Virus record (IMG/VR): IMGVR_UViG_3300044946_000086
Coordinates: 1 to 62,037 of that record
Reading direction: 5' to 3' (one strand)
Source of the DNA: a virus
Taxonomy: Duplodnaviria; Caudoviricetes
Length of the DNA: 62,037 bases
The notes under the pieces were generated by a model. That model searched no databases. It was given only the letters and a program-made list of their open reading frames with translations, and was not told where the DNA came from. The first letter of the stretch is position 1. Every line of letters begins with the position of its first letter. The position numbers were made by a program, and so were the translations under genes. This document shows positions 8,987 to 15,450 of the stretch, one piece after another.

Positions 8987-10629
8987 TTTGTGTAGTACGC
9001 CGGCACACGTTTGTTTAAAAAAGCATTCGCATCCGAAGCATACTGAGCGAACTTCGCGTGACTCCAAAATTCGACAATTCTGTTGCGATCTCTCCGGTAA
9101 ATATACTGCCATCCATCATTGCCGTCCAACGCGCATTCCTTGGCGTCCTGATGCCGGTCGTAATCGACGAAGTGATAGTCGAATCCGAAGTATCTGATTG
9201 CCACGGCTCCGAGCGTGTTGAACTCACAGAATGTCTGAGGAAACTCATTCTGCTGGGAAAATACAAAATCATCGAAGTTTTTTCCAGTATGCCTTTCGAT
9301 AAGCTGCCTCGTCTTGGCGAAGACCTCGCGGAGATAGACTTGAGGGTGACATACCATGCACTCGTAATCGGGCTTAAAGCCTACTGCCCGCTCCACGCAG
9401 CCCTGCCAATAAACACGGTTCGGGTTCTTGATGTCGGCATACCGCTCCCTAACCATCATCACCCGACCACCGCGAACGAAGTCCTGCGGGGTCGCCGTCT
9501 GCCAGAACATGCAGTCAGGGTCCATAATCAGGATGGCCTCGGCATTCGGACACCATTCGTCAGCCCTGCACTTCTGGATCATGTGGTGCAGAAATCCTTT
9601 GCCCGGAGCCTCGTCGAAAGTCTTGAGCACGGCATACCGCGAGACCCATGCGAATTGCTCTTTCTCAGCCGTCGGAACAACTACCGTTACCCCATGAAAT
9701 CGCCGTGCATACATTTCCACCGACTGAAGGCAGTTGCGCAGATAGTCCATATCGCGGGCAAAAGTCACGATCAGGATTTCCATGCCGGTGATCTGACGTT
9801 CTGGCGGTGGGCCAGCTTTGGCACCGTGCTGGAACTGTGGACCGCTGCCGTTGTGCCGGTCAGTCTCGTAGGTTGATTCGCAGAGAGCGGCGTCCAACGG
9901 AATTAAAGGCCATTCCCTTGCCTCACAAATTCTATCGATAAGTGAACCATCTTTACATTGATGGAAAAGTGCTGTTGATGGACGGATATTGTTATCCCAC
10001 CAAGTTTCGGTCATTGGAAGTTCTGGACGCCAGACTTGCTGGATCGTCTTAGCATTGTGCGCCTGCGGCACGATTTCATGGGCGCATTGAGAATCGAATC
10101 CCCAGCGAGGATCAGGCCCGGGAAGCAGGATCATTGACGGAGCGAACTTACGCCACTCAGGACTGTAAACTCCATTGCCAGTCATGTGATCGCGTTCACA
10201 CCGTATGATTTCACCCATGAACGGTTTTCCGCAGGCACGGTACTCGTCGCGGATTTCCTTGAACCAAGTTGGACGTGTAGGCACAGCGTCAGCCTCCAAC
10301 CATAGCATAGCTTGGCCGGGATGATTTTTTTCGACGTAATCGAGTGCGGCTTTGAAGACCTGATTTGCGACCCCGAAATATCCAGGCTTTTCATCGATAC
10401 CATCGGCCACGACAACGATGGCATTTGTGTCCAACGCTTCCCGCTGGCCGTCGGTAAGAGCAGGTGACGTTAGTACAATGACCGTTGCAATGTCCTTCGC
10501 GTCTTTAGTGGCATCGCCCAGCCGTTCCAACCACCGCAGCAGCTTCTTCGCTAAATTCCAATCGAAACGGGCGACCGGAATCACAACGACAATATCCAAT
10601 TCCGAGTTGTCTGTTTCTTGAGGGATCAT
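8983..10629 (-). CDS. Two-domain glycosyltransferase-like protein (C-terminal half DUF6492-like GT-A)
   Basis: N-domain WLEADAVP...HMTGNGVY...FHQCKD; C-domain ILIVTFARD...CLQSV...ILIMDPDC (DxD)...EFNTLG. Confidence 0.65.
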   Translation of the reverse strand: MIPQETDNSELDIVVVIPVARFDWNLAKKLLRWLERLGDATKDAKDIATVIVLTSPALTDGQREALDTNAIVVVADGIDEKPGYFGVANQVFKAALDYVEKNHPGQAMLWLEADAVPTRPTWFKEIRDEYRACGKPFMGEIIRCERDHMTGNGVYSPEWRKFAPSMILLPGPDPRWGFDSQCAHEIVPQAHNAKTIQQVWRPELPMTETWWDNNIRPSTALFHQCKDGSLIDRICEAREWPLIPLDAALCESTYETDRHNGSGPQFQHGAKAGPPPERQITGMEILIVTFARDMDYLRNCLQSVEMYARRFHGVTVVVPTAEKEQFAWVSRYAVLKTFDEAPGKGFLHHMIQKCRADEWCPNAEAILIMDPDCMFWQTATPQDFVRGGRVMMVRERYADIKNPNRVYWQGCVERAVGFKPDYECMVCHPQVYLREVFAKTRQLIERHTGKNFDDFVFSQQNEFPQTFCEFNTLGAVAIRYFGFDYHFVDYDRHQDAKECALDGNDGWQYIYRRDRNRIVEFWSHAKFAQYASDANAFLNKRVPAYYTK

Positions 10630-11051
10630 GCTTTGTTGTCTCCGTGCATGAATGGTCGTTTTTCGTTGTACGCCATCTTTTGAAGGATGACTTCGGCCAA
10701 CGGAAGTTCGTAGGCATTAGCGTAGTCCATGATGCGGATAATCGTATCAGCAAGCTCAACGACTTCCATGCTTCGGTTTGGCAGATGATCGTCCTTTAAG
10801 TCTTTGCGCAGGCCATGCACGCATTCCGATAATTCTTCGTGCATAAGCGCGATTCGACTCAGTTTGTGAATCACGCCATCAGGGTTATCGACAGCCCAAA
10901 ACCCATGATTAACTGAGTTCTGATGCGCCCGATAGCTCAACGAGGAAAATGCAGCGATGAATGATTCTTTCGCGTCTTGATATGCCGTTGCTCGTGCCTC
11001 TTCGACTTCTGAACGCGGTACGTCGGTTGGAAATTTATCGTCAGTATTCAT
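10626..11051 (-). CDS. MazG-like NTP pyrophosphohydrolase
   Basis: IALMHEELSE...VVELADTIIRIMD...KMAYNEKRPFMHG. Confidence 0.85.
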   Translation of the reverse strand: MNTDDKFPTDVPRSEVEEARATAYQDAKESFIAAFSSLSYRAHQNSVNHGFWAVDNPDGVIHKLSRIALMHEELSECVHGLRKDLKDDHLPNRSMEVVELADTIIRIMDYANAYELPLAEVILQKMAYNEKRPFMHGDNKA

Positions 11052-11758
11052 TTTTTCGGCGTTGCTAAAATATCTCGTTGCGAAAGATGGGTGCCGTGTC
11101 CGGGCTCAAGCTCGTTCCATTCGTAACCAAGCCCTTCGATGGCCGGGCGAACATTCTTCTCAGTCAGTTCATTTCGAGCCAAGCACCGATGGTTGATTTC
11201 GATGACCAAGAATGGATGAAACTTTTTAATGATTTCAGACGCTCCGTAAAGCACCAATAGCTCTAACCCTTCCACATCCAAATGGATGAGATCGCACCGC
11301 GATAAACAGTGAAGATAATCATCAAGTATATCCGTCTCAACCTGAATACCGCCGTCTTCGATTTCACTGTCAACGTATGACTCTCCGGCATTTTTTTGCA
11401 ACTGAAACCAAGATGGCCAATCTGTTGATGAGAGTGCTTTATTAAAACATATCACATTTCTCCACGGCGCGAAGTTCAGCGCAAGGGCCTTGAAGGAAAG
11501 CGGGTGAGGCTCGAAGGCTAGAACCATGCCTGTAGGGCCGACGATCTTCGCGTAAGTCAACGTGTGATCGCCGATGCACGCACCAGCGTCGATCACCGTT
11601 CCACCAACCGGAATAAACCGCTTGAATTTGTCGATCTCCTGTTCAGCGATGTCCAACCGTTCATTTTTTTCCACCCAACGGCTCATGTGGTCGTCATCCT
11701 TCAGCACATAGATGCCTTGCGGCGTGCGAAGCAGTCCTTCTGGAATTGGATCATTCAT
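11048..11758 (-). CDS. FkbM family SAM methyltransferase
   Basis: VIDAGACIGDHT...VLAFEP...IHLDVEGLE...LVIE. Confidence 0.9.
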   Translation of the reverse strand: MNDPIPEGLLRTPQGIYVLKDDDHMSRWVEKNERLDIAEQEIDKFKRFIPVGGTVIDAGACIGDHTLTYAKIVGPTGMVLAFEPHPLSFKALALNFAPWRNVICFNKALSSTDWPSWFQLQKNAGESYVDSEIEDGGIQVETDILDDYLHCLSRCDLIHLDVEGLELLVLYGASEIIKKFHPFLVIEINHRCLARNELTEKNVRPAIEGLGYEWNELEPGHGTHLSQRDILATPKK

Positions 11759-12084
11759 GGCGTTATCCCCAAACAATCTTTTAACTGCTTTAGCTCCTCG
11801 ATGACTTCTTGTTTTTCACGATACCTGCGTTGATATTCCGAATATAGCATGGCATTAGTTTTGCGGCTAGTTTCTTCATTGTCCTGCATCCTACTTACGC
11901 ACGAATTTAATATCCACTTGCGTTCCTCTTTGGCCGCACGAATCCAGTCGTGGAGATAATGGTCAGAGTTGTCCTGACAAAATTCTTGAGCGACATGCTC
12001 TAAGATTTCTTCGATTGTGCATCGCTTAATTTCCTCGCGGGTGAAATGAGCCCACGGTTTAGGCGGTGGAGTTTTGGTGCTCAT
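11755..12084 (-). CDS. Hypothetical coiled-coil protein
   Basis: MSTKTPPPKPW... ORF with overlapping start and stop codons within the operon. Confidence 0.6.
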   Translation of the reverse strand: MSTKTPPPKPWAHFTREEIKRCTIEEILEHVAQEFCQDNSDHYLHDWIRAAKEERKWILNSCVSRMQDNEETSRKTNAMLYSEYQRRYREKQEVIEELKQLKDCLGITP

Positions 12085-12305
12085 TTGATTAAAAACAACC
12101 GTGCCGCGATGGCCGGTGACCAGTCGAGGTGATGGCACAGCCGAAAATAAGCCGGTAGCTGAATCCAGTTTCTCCCGCATTCGATGTTGTAGAGCGTCTT
12201 GGCATGGACACCGATGACCTTAGCCAAATCGTCAACCGTGACCTTCAGCGACTCACGCCGGTCGCGAATCAACTGCCCTAAAAGTTTTTGTCGCGCTTTG
12301 TCCAA
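12081..12305 (-). CDS. XRE/Cro-CI family HTH regulator
   Basis: LGQLIRDRRESLKVTVDDLAKVIGVHAKTLYNIECG. Confidence 0.85.
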   Translation of the reverse strand: MDKARQKLLGQLIRDRRESLKVTVDDLAKVIGVHAKTLYNIECGRNWIQLPAYFRLCHHLDWSPAIAARLFLIK

Positions 12306-12330
12306 GATTGGTTCATATTCGCTGCTTACC

Positions 12331-12350
12331 GATTCGCGTCAAGCGCGAAA
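12331..12350. promoter_or_regulatory. Palindromic operator (TTCGCG-N5-CGCGAA) overlapping a leftward TTGACG -35
   Basis: GATTCGCGTCAAGCGCGAAA; an identical 20-mer is at 55121-55140 and a variant at 14147-14164. Confidence 0.7.
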
Positions 12351-12391
12351 AGAGTTGACCGCCAATTATCCATCTGACTGCATCAATACCG

Positions 12392-12598
12392 ATGAACGCC
12401 GACTTCCTTTTCTGCCTGCTTGTTTGGCTCATGGGCGTGCTGACAGGCGTTGGCATTGGCGCGACAGCAACCTTGCTCTACGTCAGGCGCGTGCCCCAGT
12501 TGTTCAAATTCCACCATCACCTTGCGCACCAAGTCGGCATCCAGATTGTGCCGGGTGAGCAGCCGGGCGATAGTGCCGATAAATGGAAAATGAATTGA
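12392..12598 (+). CDS. Small membrane protein
   Basis: Hydrophobic N-terminal segment; TTGACC -35-like hexamer upstream. Confidence 0.55.
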   Translation: MNADFLFCLLVWLMGVLTGVGIGATATLLYVRRVPQLFKFHHHLAHQVGIQIVPGEQPGDSADKWKMN

Positions 12599-12628
12599 CG
12601 GGGCGAGCCAACACTCAGACAGGTAGGC

Positions 12629-12865
12629 ATGGGCGTTTTGACCGCAGCTATGAGAAACAAACTTCCGGCCAGCAAATTTGCTTTGCCGGGTCGTCGCTAT
12701 CCGGTGCCGGACAAGGCTCATGCAAATAATGCCCTTGCTCGCGTCAGCCAGCATGGATCGCCAGCCGAGAAATCGGCGGTACGGGCGAAGGTCAAAAAGC
12801 TTTTCTCTACGTCCTCGCGCAAGTCCAACCCGCAGGACGATCACGACGCGGACGACGGGTATTGA
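12629..12865 (+). CDS. Small basic protein, DUF6582-like
   Basis: RNKLPASKFALPGRRYPVPDKAHANNALARVSQHG signature. Confidence 0.7.
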   Translation: MGVLTAAMRNKLPASKFALPGRRYPVPDKAHANNALARVSQHGSPAEKSAVRAKVKKLFSTSSRKSNPQDDHDADDGY

Positions 12866-12870
12866 TAGGC

Positions 12871-12907
12871 AAAAAAAGACCCGACTGCCTTTCGGCGCCG
12901 CCGGGTT
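12871..12907 (-). terminator. Rho-independent terminator
   Basis: Minus strand ACCCGGC-GGC-GCC-GAAA-GGC-A-GTCGGGT followed by CTTTTTTT, between convergent genes. Confidence 0.7.
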
Positions 12908-12938
12908 CGCCCCGTAAAGGGTTGTGTCTTTACTGCGC

Positions 12939-13178
12939 TTAGGTCTTTGGAACCGGCGTGAAGTCCACGTAAAACGTGTCTCCAGGCTGGTAGACCCCAA
13001 GCAGCTCCTTGTTTGCGATGGTTAGTTCGATACTGCCGCTGGGCGTGGTCTTCGCAAACGAGTTATCCTCGTCGTTGGTAGACCCGCCATAAACGGCAGC
13101 CATCTTGATGACCTCGCCAGACCACATCTGTTTCGCAACAGACTGAATCTGCATCTTTGCCCGCATTGGTTTAGACAT
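12939..13178 (-). CDS. Conserved phage hypothetical protein
   Basis: RAKM...EDNSFAKTTPSGSIELTI.N...YVDFTP, a pattern common in phage small proteins. Confidence 0.7.
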   Translation of the reverse strand: MSKPMRAKMQIQSVAKQMWSGEVIKMAAVYGGSTNDEDNSFAKTTPSGSIELTIANKELLGVYQPGDTFYVDFTPVPKT

Positions 13179-13222
13179 AGCGATGAAGACAAGACGATTA
13201 GACTGATTCCGACTCAATCTAA

Positions 13223-13453
13223 TTATTTTCCGTCTTTCCAGTAGTCAGCCGGATCGCTTTCGTCGCGAACTTTGCCGATGGTGTTTTCCGGCCCAGCCTC
13301 GTCTTCGACCTTACCTAATTTCTGAAGCCTCGAACAGAGGCAGTGAATCTTCATCTGGAGCACGCCGATCAGTTCGACGACTTCCAATTCGCCGGAGCAC
13401 TCGTTGAGTGCCTTGTTCACCATCTCCTCGAACTGAAGAAGCTTATCGTTCAT
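13223..13453 (-). CDS. Hypothetical protein
   Basis: MNDKLLQFEEMV...DPADYWK. Confidence 0.6.
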   Translation of the reverse strand: MNDKLLQFEEMVNKALNECSGELEVVELIGVLQMKIHCLCSRLQKLGKVEDEAGPENTIGKVRDESDPADYWKDGK

Positions 13454-13598
13454 CGCCGGGAAGTTTTGGGAGATGCGGCGGATCAAGTTTGTAAACGACG
13501 AAGCACAGGAAGCACGCCGCCAGCCATTGCCGAAACGTCTCGCAGTAAACCTGCCGAAACGGCACCTTCCAGTAGTTGCGAAGTGGTCGGTCTTTCAT
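13443..13598 (-). CDS. Small hypothetical protein (51 aa)
   Basis: MKDRPLRNYWKVPF..., translated by hand; overlaps the start of the next gene. Confidence 0.45.
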   Translation of the reverse strand: MKDRPLRNYWKVPFRQVYCETFRQWLAACFLCFVVYKLDPPHLPKLPGDER

Positions 13599-13788
13599 GG
13601 TGGTATATGTACGATAAAAGTTGCGCCCTGGCCAGCCGTTTGTTGCGGGCGCGGCAACTATGAACGGAGCGCAGTCAAAGTTCGTAAACCTGCCCCCTCA
13701 ACGGACGGCTCCAAGCCGGATGCAGCCATGACTTTAACGTGGTAAGCAGCCACGAGTGCGCGACGACACAAAAACACCGCGCAAATTA

Positions 13789-13952
13789 CACCAATATGCA
13801 GGCGTCTCTTGTCCTGCCGCGAGGCCCGTGTGATGGAAGATACGCAGTAGCTTGACCATCATTTGTCGATTGCGTCTCTGCATGACGGATTGCCTTAGAG
13901 TTTCAGTTGCCGTCTATGCCACGCCGCAGCGCACCTGCGGAGATATTGGGTG
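13789..13952 (-). ncRNA. Putative multibranch structured RNA (unit 2)
   Basis: Closing stem CCAATAT/ATATTGG encloses hairpins CCGCAG/CTGCGG, GCAT-A-GACGG/CCGTC-ATGC, ACGCA/TGCGT and GCAGG/CCTGC; no convincing ORF. Confidence 0.45.
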
Positions 13953-13954
13953 AG

Positions 13955-14112
13955 TGGTAGTGAAGGCACAGGAATTTCTACCGGAGTTTCACCGATGTTG
14001 GGTGCTTATCAGGCTCCCGATTTGTTAATGAGCCGTAACCCTTGGTGCGCCGCGTTGCAACTTGGCATACCCGATTCGTGCTTCCAATCCAAGAAACTCC
14101 TTCGCCTTCACT
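13955..14112 (-). ncRNA. tRNA-like cloverleaf RNA with extended acceptor stem and 3' ACCA
   Basis: 21-bp 5'/3' stem, UG linker, 4-bp D-like arm, anticodon-like arm, long variable arm, T-arm ATCGG-TGAAACT-CCGGT, then ACCA. Confidence 0.65.
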
Positions 14113-14127
14113 TCAAAGAACAGCCGC

Positions 14128-14164
14128 ACGAAAAAACATTTTACCGTTCTCGTCAAACGCGAAA
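14128..14164 (-). promoter_or_regulatory. Leftward promoter/operator variant upstream of the RNA array
   Basis: TTGACG-N17-TTTCGT; the -35 lies within TTCTCGTCAAACGCGAAA, similar to the 12331 and 55121 element. Confidence 0.5.
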
Positions 14165-14224
14165 TTTTTTATTTCACGTAATTTTTTCTTGCGCACAAGT
14201 GGGGGTGTGCCCCATCTGTTACCT

Positions 14225-14387
14225 GCCAGCGTTCCATCTGAGGCTCCACTGGCGATTCCAACCCAACTGACCGCGATGACATCGCTACCACTTTTTCAAT
14301 TTGCCTGCCTTGGCGGGAGACAGCCGATTGCGTTATGCGCTTTCAGGCAAAGCCTCAGAAACTCGCGCTCGCTGCTGGGGCAGGCAA
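14225..14387 (+). promoter_or_regulatory. Structured 5' leader of the replication operon
   Basis: The GCCAG/CTGGC hairpin loop TCTGAGGCT (14237-14245) is complementary to AGCCTCAGA (14351-14359), which lies inside a long stem TTGCCTGCC/GGCAGGCAA. Confidence 0.45.
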
Positions 14388-14489
14388 TATTTTTACCGGG
14401 CGTCGGCACGACCATGCGGGCGTCACTTCAAACAGGGTTGAGATACCCGCGAGAGAATCGTTCTGTGCGCCCGGTTTAATTTTTACCCC

Positions 14490-14897
14490 ATGAGCTTCGC
14501 CATCTCCCCAGCCGAACTCGCGGTCGTCGCCAAAAACGGGCTGCTGCATATCGACCGGCGCACGGCATTAGGTAAGAAAATCCCGGTCATCACGCCGGCA
14601 CCAAAGTTCAATGCGGACGTTGCCAAGGCCACGATTCACATGCTCGAAGGAAAGCTGGCTGCGATTGAATCGCACTGCAAAAAACAGGAGCGCATCGCCT
14701 ATATAAACCTGACAGGAATCACGACGATCCAAACTGAAATCGGGGCCAAGGTCGCTGAACTCGAGGAGATAATAATTCTGATCGAAGACGGAAAAGGCGA
14801 AGTCACTCGCATGGTTTGCCAGGCTGCCGTCGAGGCTTTCAAGGAAACATTGGAGTTGTTAGCTCAACACCAAACTAGGATGGAGGGGATGGCGTGA
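14490..14897 (+). CDS. Hypothetical coiled-coil protein
   Basis: 135-aa ORF coupled to the next gene by overlap. Confidence 0.6.
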   Translation: MSFAISPAELAVVAKNGLLHIDRRTALGKKIPVITPAPKFNADVAKATIHMLEGKLAAIESHCKKQERIAYINLTGITTIQTEIGAKVAELEEIIILIEDGKGEVTRMVCQAAVEAFKETLELLAQHQTRMEGMA

Positions 14898-15319
14898 AGA
14901 CCCGCCACAAATGCAGAACGAAATTCTGTCGAGGTCGGTCGGCTGACGAGCATCATCATTTTTGCCAAAAGTGTCGGCACCGGAAATGGAAAAAACGAAA
15001 TCCGATGCGTGCGATTTTTATAAGCCATGTTCGCCACGCAAAAGATCGCGGTATCACCGTAACATGGACGTTCAATGAATTTAAGGTCTGGTGTGTCAAA
15101 TGGAATTACGTTCACGAGCACACGGTTAACGAGATGACTATTCACCGCAAAAATTGTCTGCTCGGATATTGCTACGATAACTGTGTCCCGATGTCGCACG
15201 CGGAAAATTCCAAGCTCGGCTGGAGCGTCGAGCGTTGGATGAAGGCGAAGATCGATAAGTGGGAACAAAAAAAGGAGGCGCGGCGCCGGGCGACAATGCT
15301 GGCCGTGAGATCAGTATGA
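14894..15319 (+). CDS. Zn-finger plus HNH-like endonuclease
   Basis: N-terminal Cys/His cluster; AKDRGI...TIHRKN..GY..DN....HAEN is a degenerate HNH. Confidence 0.65.
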   Translation: MKTRHKCRTKFCRGRSADEHHHFCQKCRHRKWKKRNPMRAIFISHVRHAKDRGITVTWTFNEFKVWCVKWNYVHEHTVNEMTIHRKNCLLGYCYDNCVPMSHAENSKLGWSVERWMKAKIDKWEQKKEARRRATMLAVRSV

Positions 15320-15450
15320 GCCTTCCAAAACAACGAAAGCGTAGCGCAGCTTGGCGGGAATACATGCGCTGGTACTCGGTGATGTGGCGCGAACTAAATC
15401 GCTCCTACATGCGCGACTACGGACGGAAATATCGGAGGCTTTATCGGTGA
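15316..15450 (+). CDS. Small basic protein
   Basis: MSLPKQRKRS...; overlaps both flanking genes by 4 bp. Confidence 0.45.
   Translation: MSLPKQRKRSAAWREYMRWYSVMWRELNRSYMRDYGRKYRRLYR

Noticed and set aside
6144-11758. GtrABC serotype conversion or TET-linked DNA glycosylation
   Set aside because: No flippase or polytopic membrane GT and no TET/JBP or dCMP hydroxymethylase recognised. DNA modification is not excluded but is unsupported.
13955-14112. Canonical tRNA-Ala/Cys or tmRNA
   Set aside because: The acceptor stem is 21 bp, the anticodon loop and TTC motif are non-canonical, and it is too short for tmRNA. Kept as tRNA-like instead.
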